The notes under the pieces are model-generated. The model searched no databases. It had not been told where the DNA came from and was given only the letters and a program-made list of their open reading frames with translations. Shown piece after piece: positions 47,650-61,100 of a stretch of 64,000 nt of DNA (positions are counted from its first letter, which is position 1; each line of letters opens with the position of its first letter). This stretch comes from Paragordius varius (lineage: Eukaryota > Animalia > Nematomorpha). Location: NCBI GenBank assembly GCA_964247055.1, contig OZ176055.1, forward strand, positions 6,076,001 through 6,140,000, in the 5' to 3' direction. A program made the translations under genes and the position numbers.

Positions 47650-50070
47650 GTATAACGGGTGGTAGAACTGGTTGGTTGGTTATTCGTAGTAAACGACTTT
47701 TTGGATATAATTTTCAATATTGATATCCACTCTATATCCGCTACATTATTATCGTTCAATGTCATCTTAATCTCATATTTTATTATGTCTAACCACTTCA
47801 TCGGTGGTTGCCCTCGTTTGCTTTGTCCTTTACATTCCCAAACATTGTGTCTTTCTCTATAAATGTTCTTTTTAGAATTATCTCCAAAAATGTTTGTTGA
47901 TTTATTTCTGTAGCTATATTTTTATTCTTAATTTTATCTTTCCAGGTGTATCCTAGCACCTATGCAGCAGCTCCTTTCAAAAGCCATGAGACTTTCTTTG
48001 TCTCTTTTTGAGAGTCCAGCTTTGACAACTATACGTGGTAACCGGGAGAACAGTACAGTAATCTTTTTTAGTTGGAATCCCTACGCTTTTTGTTTTTCCA
48101 AATCTTTATTAATTTTGCCTTCGGTTCTATACCCAATCCTATTCTCTTTCTAACGTCAGGAGTGGAAGACCCATCCACGGAAATTTTAGCACACAAAAAA
48201 TTTAATTGATAACTGCTTCTATTCTGACTTAAATTTTTGTTATTAAAAGTTCGTGATTGCTAGAGCAATCACTGTTTTTTGTCTGTTTTTGTATCGAGTA
48301 TAGAGCTTTTCCATTTGACATATTATATAATCGATTTGGTTTTTTAAATTTTCCGCATGGAGAGGTCCATGTGTACAGCCTCTTTTTGTGTTGTGGAAAC
48401 TATGTGTTGGTTATCATCTCGTTTTCCTGGCAAATATTGATCAATGCCCCCCCTCCAACCTCGTTTCGTTCTTCCAACCCATATGGACTGACTATTTGAT
48501 CTACACTACCTCTACCAATTTTACTGTTTCAATCACCTCCTATGATAACACTAGACAACAAATTTTAACTTTTTTTAACTGCCATTCTTGTAAATTTAAA
48601 ATTTATTTCATTAAAGTACATAATTAGTATATCTGAAAAGAAAATTGGTCTAGCATGGAAGAATTTTTTTATATTAGAGATTATCGATAATTTTTGGCCG
48701 CGATTTAACATTAAACTCGAAATTTCGAAAATTAAAAGTTTTAGATATGAAGCCAAGTATTTTATATCATTCGAAAGAGCGCAAAAAACTGCATCTTTTA
48801 AATGGTAGTAAGTCATTTAAATCAATCGGATGTAAAAGTTATTTGGATTTAAATGGTCGAAATTTTCAATCCTTAAATAAGTCAAGAATTTTCACAGAAA
48901 AACTAATTTGAAAATCATATAAATTATTTTAATTTAATTATTAGGGTTATATTAGTATTTAATTTAAAAAAAATGTTTGAAAAAGCTTTTGGCTTGCTTT
49001 TTTAATAAAAATTATTATTATCATAAATATTTTACCTAGTGGATACTAAAATGCATAGTTATAACTGTAAATTTATTACATAATGGCTATAAAAAGATCA
49101 AAAATACCTTAAACTTTGTTTTTATCTTTAAAATTTCGAAATTATCAGCATTATAAAGAAAATAAATTAATATTGATGAGATGGTAGTTTTTAAAAAACA
49201 AAAAACTTAAAAATGGCTGTTTTGAGGGACATAAAAGCAAGAAAAAAATGTTTTAATCAAAAAAACTTTCTTGTGTTATCTTTTTTGGACATTCATCACC
49301 ATCTAAACAAAGTTTGAGCTATTTTCATCCATTAGTTTTAAAAATATAATAATTATAAAAAATACTCTCGCTTCGCGCGTTTGTCGCTCTTTGTGTCCAA
49401 TATTAACTGTCGATGTAATACATATTAGTATGGATTTTATAGAGTTTTTATTACTCTTTCGAATGATATATTACAAATGGGCATTACTTGTATATTTTGA
49501 AAGAAAAATATTTTTTTGTAAAATTTTGATAAAGAGGGCGCATTATCAAAAAAATCAAATTATACAAAATTCTTCCAACGAGTTATAATTTTTATTTCAG
49601 ATTTTCTGTTAAAATGATACTAAATATCAAAAAATTTAAAAAACTCGAATGGCAGAAAAATTTGTTGTCCAGTGTAATCATATATACTTTCTTCGTTTCA
49701 TTCAAAACTATTTGCAGCTTTGCATAAAAATCCATATCTTCTTTAATTTGATGTAGCAGTATAGACTACTATGTATGTAAATTTAAGTGGCTTAGCATTC
49801 AGCCTAATACACATACCTTGTATACCGCATAAGTAATTAGACTTTTATTCGTTTTTAATACCGCAACGCCTTCTGATTTTTGGTCATCTCTCCCCGCTCT
49901 TAACAATGTATATTTTTCGTTTTGTGCTTTCACGCTACCTTCTTGCTTAGTTTCCGTTAAAGCCAGTATATCCAAGTTCAATCTTTCCATTTCTCTTTCA
50001 ATTATAACCTGTTTGGTTTCTGTTAATGAACGCACATTCCAGCACCCGATTTTAGTCGGGTGCATCAATT
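47650..50070 (-). mobile_element. RTE-clade (BovB-like) LINE relic with internal deletion of most of RT, split by a MITE
   Basis: APE endonuclease motifs IGCWNVRSL...LDILALTE, IIGGD.NSKIG and PYGLEERNE...HKKRLYTWTSPCG, plus a following QIDY-like motif. These are joined directly to C-terminal DVRKRIGLG...YSCQSWTLKK...RGQPPMKWLD. Confidence 0.88.
48549..49674. mobile_element. CACTA/EnSpm-type non-autonomous element with 3-bp TSD
   Basis: TIR CACTAGACAACAAATTT / AAATTTGTTGTCCAGTG with taa on both sides. Removing it restores the RTE peptide VYMIIIGGD. Confidence 0.88.
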
Positions 50071-50457
50071 ACATGGTTCTATAACTATTTTTGGAAAAAC
50101 CTTAACAAATATTTGATTATAGTTATATTAATTTTGGGTTATTATTTATATGTAAAAATTAATTTTTATTTGCAACGGCAAAAGGGTGTGATTCTGTTAA
50201 AACCATTAATATTTTTAACATTGTAGATATCAAACATAACCAATTTATTGTAAGAATCATTTGATTATAAAAAACATTTTTTCTGATTGTAGCAATAAAC
50301 ATTTATCACATGTTAAAATTAAACTAATCATGATTGTGTTATTGTTGAACTTATAAAAATATTGTCATCGCATTCGTTTTGATATAAAAAAATGTTGTAA
50401 ATTATATATTCATTGTGCGTTAGATGCTAAAATTACATATATATATATTTCATATAT

Positions 50458-53400
50458 TTAATCAACATTGATGCTACAAACATTTTCATTAGCTATCAAT
50501 GGAGACTCATTTATTGCATGTTGTGGTGGTAGGCTACTGAGAAGTGAGGTGCGATTAATTAACTGATCATTTTGTTGCATCGAATTGAATATTGCAGTTA
50601 GTATGATTTGACGATCTGTATCAGTTAACTTGGCAAAGTCTTGACTAGATCTAATGTGATAAAATTTTACGCGTTTATGAAGAAAAAAGGTTTTTATTAC
50701 AGAGGAAAATTGAACTATCAAAACGTATAAAAACCAAAAGACTAATATTATTTTTAATAAGCAGATACTTTGTAAAACCCTGATTGCAACATAAACTATA
50801 TAAATTTAAATTATATAATTGAGTGCATTACCACTTTACTTCTCTTATCCCGGTTCGCAACTTAAAACAATTTAAAATTGTTACAAATATATTTGTATAT
50901 TTAGTTACGTTCTGTCCTTTGGAATTTTTTTATCATAATGTTTTCCGAGAAATTATAGAAGATACTTATAAAAATATTAAATTCTTTAAAATTTTTGAAA
51001 AAAATTGTTTAAAGTTAAAAAAAAGTATACTTTATTTGGACATACATAATCCCATTTATTGCATTTACCAAGTCAAGGATCGCAGTTATGGCCGGTCGTT
51101 GTATATGCAAAGATGATAGAAATGTATTTGAAAAGTATCGATTATTAATTTTTGCATTATTATTATTATTATTGTGATGGTTTAATCCGTTTCCTTCAGA
51201 TTTTTCTGGCCCGTTTGACGCACAATTATTGGGTATATATTTCCCTGCATTAAGGCACCTTTGCATAGCAACGGCTTGTTTTGTTAAATGTTTTATGCAA
51301 GTAGCACTTTCTATTGTTTTATCATGTCCTTCACCTAACTATGTTAAAATGACATTATTTATTCATTTAAATCAGGGGTGTCCCACATGAGGCCATCTGA
51401 GGCTTTATGTGCGGCCCGCGAAAAATTTAATTGATATTTCTCAAACAATTTTTCTAAATATGTTTATCCAATTGGCAAGAACTAAAAAAATTGTTACATT
51501 ATCTATAATTGCCCATATATAGTTTAAATGCGGCCTTCCGGTCAGCTATTTTTTAAATATTCCTAAAAGCATAATTCCATAAATTGTAATTATCGATATT
51601 AAAACACGTACTAAGATTTTGTATATGGCATAAGATTGTTTTTCCTTCATGAGTGCCAATCGGAAGTTCCCCTGGCAAGAAAAAACTCCGGCAATTAGGT
51701 GATGTATTACGGCCGTTTTTATACTAACTTCCCCATAATACCTTTAAAAAACATATGTTTTTTATCAAAAAAATTTATTTTACAGCGAAAGATAGGACGT
51801 AAAACGTGTACGACAGATTTTAAAAATTACCATATTTAAAACGTTGATTTTATTACAACTTTGAACAGTGGCGTACCGAGCATTTGCGGCGCCTGAGGCA
51901 AATCAATAATGACAGGTATTCTCCGTAAAAACGCAATTTTAATCAAGCGTTTTTTATCAGCTGTTGGGTAAGGAGCTACTCCCCTTAAACTGCACCACCA
52001 TATCGAAATTGCGTTATTTAGGAGTTAATTTTCAAAAACATATCAGGCCATATAAGTTTAATATAGGCCTGAAATATTACCCGTAAATGTCAAAAATTTA
52101 AGTCCAGCGGTTTTTTTTAAATTAGCCGTTAATTAGGCCCTTTACGCCCTAAAAAATGCGCTATCATTTAACTATTACTTAGTTTTGAAGCCATTCCAAA
52201 AACTATTAATAACATAAGGAATGAATGATGATTCCAGTTATTACCCTATAAAGGCAAATTTTTCGAACGTCTTTTTTATATTGGCTTCTGGGTAGGGAGC
52301 TACCCGCCAACAACTGCCCCCTTTGGAGACAAATTTGAGAAAACTTATCAAGCAATATGAGTTCAATAAGGGCTTGAAATATTACCTTAAAAAGGCAAAA
52401 ATTTGAGTAGAGCGGTTTTATTAAATTAACCCTTAATTAGGCCTTTGCCCTGAAAAAATGCACCACCGTAGAATGACTTTGTGGTTTTGGGGCACCACGA
52501 GAGCATATGGAATCAATCATGATTCCAGGTATCACCCGAATTAAGGCAAAAAATTTAATTGAGCTTTTTTTGTTTCGCTCCTGGTTAGAGGCTACCCGCG
52601 TAAAACTGCGTCCAATCTCGATACATGGCCTTTGGAGCCAAATTTCAGAAAACCTATCAATGAATTTCATAATAATTCCAGATAATCCCCATATGAGGGC
52701 AAAAATTTTAACCAGCGCTTTTTTATACCTGCCTTGGGTTAGGAGTACCCGCCAAAAACTGGTCCACTATATAGTTGCTTTGTTTTGGAGCTAATTTACA
52801 GAAAATTATGAAGCCATATGAGCTCATTAAAATATTGAAATATTATCCGTAACTAGATAAAAAAAATCAGGCGTTTTTTATAGCCGTTAATTTGTGGCCT
52901 TTATGCCCTAAAAATACGCCATCTTATAACAATAATTTAGTGTTGAGGTATTTTTTCGAAACCCCATATATGGTATCAAAGATGATTCCAAATATTTGCC
53001 ATCAAGAAGCCATACGAGTTCAGTTAAACACATTTCTGGGGAATTTGTATAATATCATTCTTTCCTTTAAAAAGGCTACCGATCATTATAATATCTTGTA
53101 TAAATTTACTATGACTCAGAAGATGTTAAAGAAATTTATAAAAATGTAGATTTATTTTTGTAAATCTCTTAAAACCGAAATAATCCTGATAAATGTTATC
53201 AACAAAATTTATAAGCGTTTTTCGAATTGTTGGAGTCGTTGAGAAACTCGCTATCATAAATGGGGTCGGGAATTACAAAAGTTTAAGAAGCCTGATCTAT
53301 ATGATAGTAAATTTATTCATTTTTAAATGCATAAATATTCTAATAAATTCTATAATATGGAAATCTATATATTTATAAAAATGGAAAGTAGTGGCTTTGT

Positions 53401-56400
53401 GATCTGTTTCCGAAAAACCGGTAGACCCATTCAAATCCAAACATTGAAAAAATATAATCATTAATAAATGCCCCGACAATAGCTTCGCCCTTTTTTGAAA
53501 TAGGCCCCCAGTTCGGGCACACCCCGTGTGAAAAATGGGTTTTTTTTGAAAACAGAAGTCCACAAAAATCGTGTCTTTGAGACAATCTTTCGGAGAACGT
53601 GTTGAACCATATTTCAAATGTGATTTTTATTTGCTCATTACCGATTGCGCCGAACATGGTCGTCTCGCTTTTATAATTTAGGCCCTATATTTACCCGCTC
53701 CCCCCATAAAATGCCATTTTTTTCAAAAAACAAAGTCCACAAAAATAATTTTTAAATCTATTTTTCGCCCTAGGTATGAGACCGTTTGGCCCAAGTAAAC
53801 AATATATTAGTATGAATGCACCGTTTTAAAATTTTATGAGATGATAGCTATTAAATAATGTTTCGAAATACTTTTTCAAATAGCGCCCCCCTCCCACCCG
53901 GGAGTCCGAAGGACTTCCTATTTTCGCTAGTTATATATAAAAATAATGTTTTTGTTGCATATATTGAATTGATCTTATGATAATGGCCAACAATAATGAT
54001 TTAAAAAATAATTGTAAATCTAGGATGATTTTACAATACATAAGAATTACAATGAATTTTATTTAATAAATTATTAATTATATGAAGATTTTATCACTTG
54101 GAAAGGAAAAAAACAACTAAGAAAAAAAATATCTTTTATGTAAAAATTTTTCGGGCTTTTGATATTGCAAAATTATCAATTTCATTAAAATCTATCATAT
54201 TTATTTTTCCACTCTCAACAATGTTAATCATTCTCGTTTTCCGGTATAAGTGAATAATAGTGTATATATTTTGGGGATTATTATATTGCTGAAAAATCTC
54301 ATTTGAAAGTTCTTATTATTTTTGCATAATTAAAATTCAATTTTAAAAAATCATTTAGGCGCCCCTAAATAACGGCGCCCGGGGCATGATGCACCCCCTT
54401 GCCCCCCCCCCCCCCTCGGTACGCCCCTGACTTTGAAACGTAATAATAAATTTATTAACAATTTATATCTCTATTTTTTATTTTACATAACAATGATTAT
54501 TAATAAAATAAGGTTAAAATAGTAGAATAGTGGTCTTTTAAGCTAATATTTTTTTAGTTTTCATGTATTGTCGGTATATTCTCAATATTTACTGTAAAGT
54601 ATATAGACAATACTGCATTAATTACGCTTTTATATTCCTAACTTTATAGCTGTTATATTAAATAAAGGTTACTTTTTGGATAAATACAAGGCATTTTCGA
54701 GATAAATCATAGACTGATCATACATACCATTTGCATATAGAATTAGACCCAAGTTACTCTGATAAATTTATAAAAATAATTAGTTTTATCGAATATTTCT
54801 AAAATTGGAAAATGAAAAAATTTAAAGTTATAACATACATCGATAGATATAAATTCAGGATGATCATTTTGTAACACTATTAGAAGGAGTAAATATCGAG
54901 CCCTGTAAAGCAATTTGAGTGAACAAGTTAGTCGGAAATTTGCCAAATAATAAATGGCTAAATTTACCTAGAAAAGTAGATATATTAACATTATTAAATT
55001 ATAATAAAAAACGTTTTTTGAATTTTTTATTATTAAACAATACAATCTACGATTACAATTCAAATTCACCCTAAACATAAATTATGAAGTTTCGGGCTAA
55101 TGTAACTAATCATTAATATAAAATATATCTTCATGGCATAGTTTATTATTTTTTCAGTATTATATTCTAATTTTAAACAAAATTTAATTTTTTTAAAAAA
55201 TATAAAATATAGGTGGATTTTACTATTCAACTACACAAAATTCATTTTAGGGTAAATTTGAAATGTTTAAGGGTGAATTTAAAAAATTGTAAATGGTATA
55301 TATAATTAATTTATACATAATCCAAAATTGTGTTGGGATGATCTATCCCGTGAATCCTTTCACTCATGATTGTGGCTTTGTATTGAAAGGCCAGTGCCTG
55401 TGCATAAATTAAAATTCATATATTTAAAAAATGATATATTTTTAATTAGAATGGATTCAAAATGGAATTAAGGTTTACCTGTAATCTTTCTCCAATCAAA
55501 TAACACAATCGTGACATGAGACGTAGGCATGAAGCGATTTCCGGGTGAAGTGGTCCATATATATTGTTCATAATGTTAAGGGATTCTGAAAAGAGTTCTA
55601 GAGCCTCTTTCAATGCACCATCTTGGACCCTGGCTTGTCCGGCTAGGTAAAATGCATGGGCATCACTAGACTATATATGACACAAACATTTTAATTCTTA
55701 TTTGTTAAAATTGTCCTTTGTGACTTAATTATTGCTTTAAAGTTTACAATATCCATTATGATTTACGGTTACTCATTTATTATAAAGGATGGAAAGAGTT
55801 TAAATAATTGAATATAATTCTAAACTTGGTTGTAACCAGCCTATGTTTTCTTTTATGAAAACGAAAATCTTACCTTGTGATTCATGTGTTTTACAATAGG
55901 GATAAGGTTGATGATATCATCCTCGCAAAATATTATATTTCCCGATTTATGAGTGGGTGAAGCATTTACACAGTTTTCAAATGTATATTCTCGCAATACA
56001 ATTTGTATACCAGTCACAATACAAAGCCGACGTAGGATAGCTGAAAATTTAATGTCATTTGCCTTGCAAAATTGATGGAAAGTTGTAAACTCACTATAAC
56101 ACATATATATTTATAAGTTTTATATTCCAAAAATTTGGAATTAAATATAATTTTTACTCATCAAATTCGTATAGATAGTTTTCTTTTATATCATTCAATA
56201 AAATTTTCCACAAAGAACCCGGTGTAAGATTTGTCCAATTCCATTGATCTAATAAATATAATAGATCAGGGTTTAGTCGTTATAAATCCATTCATTGTGA
56301 CCAATTTTTATAACCAGCCAAAAACTTTTGAAGCTAGTGATAATAAATATTTTTTTATTTCCCAAAAATTAAATTATTAACCAAATACGGATTGCATTAA

Positions 56401-58108
56401 TAAAAAGTTTACCATGAAAAATCGATATTTTATGATGGTTTACCTTCAGGAATTTTTAACGTTAACTATAACAATGCAACAAAATATAAAAATTTAAAAT
56501 TTTGCATTATTTGATTGTAAATAAAAACGGATTTATATTAAATACATATTAATTTTGAATGGTCATTAGCCTGGTAATCTGGTTCTTTTTTAATCGTTCA
56601 AAAATTTAATAATATACCACTTACAATTCAAATTCACCTTTGAACAATTCTCACCCTTAAATAATTTAAATTCCCCCTTGAACAATTCAAATTCACCCTT
56701 GAACAATTACCCTCGAACAATTCACCCTAAAAATAAATTATGAAATTTCAGTCTAATATACATCATTAAAATTAAATATATTTTTATGGCATAGATTAAT
56801 TTTTCAGTATTATTTTAATTTTAAACCAAATTTCTTTTTTTAAAAATATAAAAAAATATATAATTAATTTAAAAAAACACAATTTATTTTAGGGTGAATT
56901 TGAATTGTTCGAAGGCGAATTTGAATTGTTAAGGGTGAAGAACTGTAAATGGTATATTTGAATTTTAAACTGTTAACTCTAAGCCCGTTCCAGTTTTATT
57001 AATAATTATGAATGAATAAAATGATTTTATAGTAATAAGTACAGTTGGATTCAGAAGAATTATAATTTGAGTGATGAGATCCTGTTGTATTACTACCACT
57101 TTTTTTCCTTTTACCATTTTTTCTTCTATTAGCTATATTGCCATTGTTATTGATGCTATTTTCAATATGATTGATTTTATTTTCTGATTGAGTGTTTTGT
57201 ACATTTAGGCTTAAAGCCATAATATGAGCTGGTAAAGGTACACTTTCCAACGGACAAAACAAACAATTCAGGAAATGGCTAATCATGATACACAGGTAGG
57301 AGGAATCACAATTACGAATCAAGCCTTTAAGGACGTGTTTGCAAGCACGTATAATCATTTCTGAGCAAGTTAAATTCTACGAAAGATAATAATTCATTTA
57401 TAGGAAAGATTATTTATGTAGCGTTTAAAAAAAATTAAATGAGCTTACAATCAGGTAGCTAAGCTTTGAAACGCTTTCCGGTTGCAAACATTTCGTTTTT
57501 TCATAAATCATTTTAGTCAATACTCCCAAATATCTTATGTTTATACCACGACCATGCAGGATTGATACTAAAGAACTTCCCTCAATAGGTATTACACTAA
57601 GATTTGTAAATTCACCAATCTAAATAAATGTTATTGTAAAAATAATTTATTTTCCACTTATCAGATCCTGCAAAAATATAAACGCATTCAATGAAATTAA
57701 AATTAGAATGGTAATTTTTTTGGTAGACTGACTGACATAAAACATATTTTAACAAATTTTACCAGTTCAGGGATTTGATGGTGTATAATGAAATCAGCGG
57801 CATCCAGTAATAAATTTTGCTCGGCTTTCAATTTTTTATTCTAAAATCAGAAAATTATATTAGCCCAATTTTTTTTTCAAAAAAGGACTAGTTAGCCCAT
57901 TTTTTTATTATGATTTAAAAAAACTGAATACAGGGTTTTATATATACTTCACACGGATCATGAGTAACAAAGTTTGAAAATGCATCTGGATTAAATTTCA
58001 ATTCATTGTATGAAATTGGGAATTTAGTTCGAAACACCATTCCATGTTCAATATTAAGCAGTTCATTTTTGATTTTATCTAGACCGGATTATTGTTATTA
58101 AATTTTGG

Positions 58109-58150
<42 letters not shown>

Positions 58151-61100
58151 GTTAGTTGTTTAATACACGGTATTGAAAATATTAATCTTTCTCTTAAAAG
58201 ACACTTACTTCCAAATCCTAAATTTTAAATAAAAAGTTAAATTAGATTGGGTGCTATGCTACGAAAAATCAAAGTTATTTTATTATTTCTATCTAATTTT
58301 AAGCAATTTTTGCGTTAACACAAACATTTTTACTACCCATTGTCAACAGTAAAATGTCAAGAGAACGTCAAAATAACATTATGGAAAATGCACAATTGAT
58401 GAAACCAAAAAACAACCCAAAAATATTTTTGACAATAGGTAAAAGTTTTTAAATATAGCATCATTAAACAGATAAATATTTTTGGGATATTAAATTAGTA
58501 AATATAGATATACTTTTATCATCGTCACTTTCGTCTCGATCTTCCAATGCATTTATATCCTACAAATATACGACAAAAAATATTTAATGATATGGCAGTA
58601 GGATATATGTCATAAAAAAATAAATTAGTTTCTTTTCCTCCTCCCGACTTACCATAGAATCAATGGCAGAATCTTTGTCTGACAAATTTGGTGACACATT
58701 ACCGGCCAAAGTAATTTGGCGTTGATTTTGGTTCGCTTGCATTTCGTTTAAAACATTATTGTCATTAGGTGGATTGTTGCAAAGGTGTTGTTTTTGTCCA
58801 TCCATTGAAGTTTTTTCCGTCACTACTAATCCCAAAAGTTTGTTTAATTTATCTTGAAGTTCTAAAACTTGAGTTTCCATTATGGAGGAGCCTAGAGTGT
58901 TTTAAGCGAAATTATGTGTTTAAAACCACTAACAAAATAATTTGATGGCAAATATTAGAATGTGAATAATACGGCAATATCATTTTAGTTGGGATGAAAT
59001 TAAAATTGTTTACCGCTTTGTCCTGTTTGATTGTCGGTTGGTATTGTTTCATCATTATTATCTGTTAAAAGATTTTTAATGTTAATGCTTCTTCCATTAG
59101 TAGAAAGGAAGGTAGAATCCGTTTTACTTATGTTAGCTAATAGATCCTCATCAAAGGCGGCGGCACCTAAATCACTACTGCTCCTTCCATTCCCATTAAA
59201 AAGGTTCAAAAGGTCCCGTATTTGCGTGTTACTGCTGTCACAATTTCTAACGACCAACACATGTTCCATGAAAGCTTCAACTAATTCGGCTCGTAAAATA
59301 GCTAGCGAATGCTTATAAGACTTTGGAGGTAAGCCGTACTTGAGTGTTGACGCTTGACTTATTTTAAGACAAACGACGTCCTCTTTGTCATACCCTTCAT
59401 TCTGTTCACTCCTAGGGATGTAATTGGTAAAATTCATATCGGGCGGAAGCGTTCGAAAAAGATCCAATAAGTATTTGCGCTTATCATTACCTATTATACC
59501 TTTCGTTTCGTACGATGTGTAAAGGTTAATGGACCGAGATTTATACGGTTGGGTATTCTCATTAGTGTCGTTATCTGAGATACCGTCTTTTGCGTCTTCA
59601 GAAATTACGACTGAATGAGATGCAATATGTAAACGATTTGCCGCTTTTTCAAGAATTTCCACATATTCCGGGTGTGTTCTTATTAAAATTTTCTTGTCTT
59701 TGCAAGTTTCCTGATTTGCTTGACAATTAGAATCTGTAGGGCCAGTATTTTGGTCATCAGAAACAGAAGGATGTGTTGAAGGATTGGATGTAGAATCAAT
59801 AGATCCATACACTACTAATTCCTCTTGTTCACGTTCGAGAATACCTGGAACATTTAATATAATATTTTTTTAAATTATTGGATTGAATTATTAAAATTTT
59901 TATTAGCAAAAAAAATAATTCATAAAATTTTGCAAAAATAATTTTGATTGATTCTGTTAAAATCTAATTTTCTTAGGTTATTGCTGAGAAAATTTGTTTT
60001 TCCGGGATCGGTTATATCCATAATATAGCGCAAATCTTATACCATTTATCAATTAAGATTGAATCGTTTCATTGTATATCAAATATAATAAAATAAACGC
60101 AATGTTAATAAAAATTAAGCAGAAACGTTATTATACCTGGAATAATAGTTTGAGCGGTTACACGATAGCCCTTAAAATCTATGATAGCAGTTCCTAGGGT
60201 ACATAATTTTTCAATATCCAAATCATTATACAATTCTACGCCCTTTAAGTCATTAGCCTATAAGTTAATAATAAGTTATTAATAAAATCTTTAGAGGTAG
60301 ATGATATTTGCTTTAGATTTGTATTAATATAGAGATAATACAGTAAAAATTACATGTCTAATATTTTTCTTAAAAACACAACCATCCTTTTGTAATATTT
60401 TAATATTTTTGACATTAATTATATTATTCCCATTGTAAGATGTATAAGTGTTACCAATTTACACCGGTAATTCTCATTTTGCGAGACAGAAGGATAGGTT
60501 ATTAAAAAATTCCTGGTTTAAAAAATATGGTAGTCTTTAAAAAAAAATTTAATTTTTACTGTATAATATATTATGTTAATTTGTTGAGAAAAATAATTAA
60601 AAAATAATAAGATTAAAAAAAAGAAGGTAATAAAATTTTTAATGTTTTACAGGAGCCACATATGCCGCACTATCACCTCCCACTTCTTTGTAATGGTCGC
60701 GAATATCAAATCCATAACTGAAGAAAATATTGTTCCAAATAAACATGTGCATTCTGTCGATCGATAGATAGATAAAATTATAGAGTAATATAAGAGCAAT
60801 TAATTACTTTTTGAAAAAATTTTATAGCAAAATTTGTCCACAAAATTCATATGTTTGAATCTTGGAAATATTTGGAAATTATAGGAAGTGAACTTAAAAA
60901 TTATGACTAAAACAAGAATAGTTTTTTTTCTTTGAGATATTTAAAAATACTTTAAATAAAAATGTTAACTTTTCAGATTCCCCTGGATTAATGGGTAAAG
61001 CATTGCCATTCACTATACATTGGGCCCCTTTGATTGCAGCCTGAGTTAGGTCAGAACCGACTTTGAAAACAGCTCTATCCCGTATAATTTTGTTGTACAG

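Noticed and set aside
57659-57668. Apparent 10-nt AG/GT-bounded micro-exon in CLUH
   Set aside because: The flanking exons already join in frame (QIPEL-IGEF) and match CLUH without it; inclusion would frameshift.
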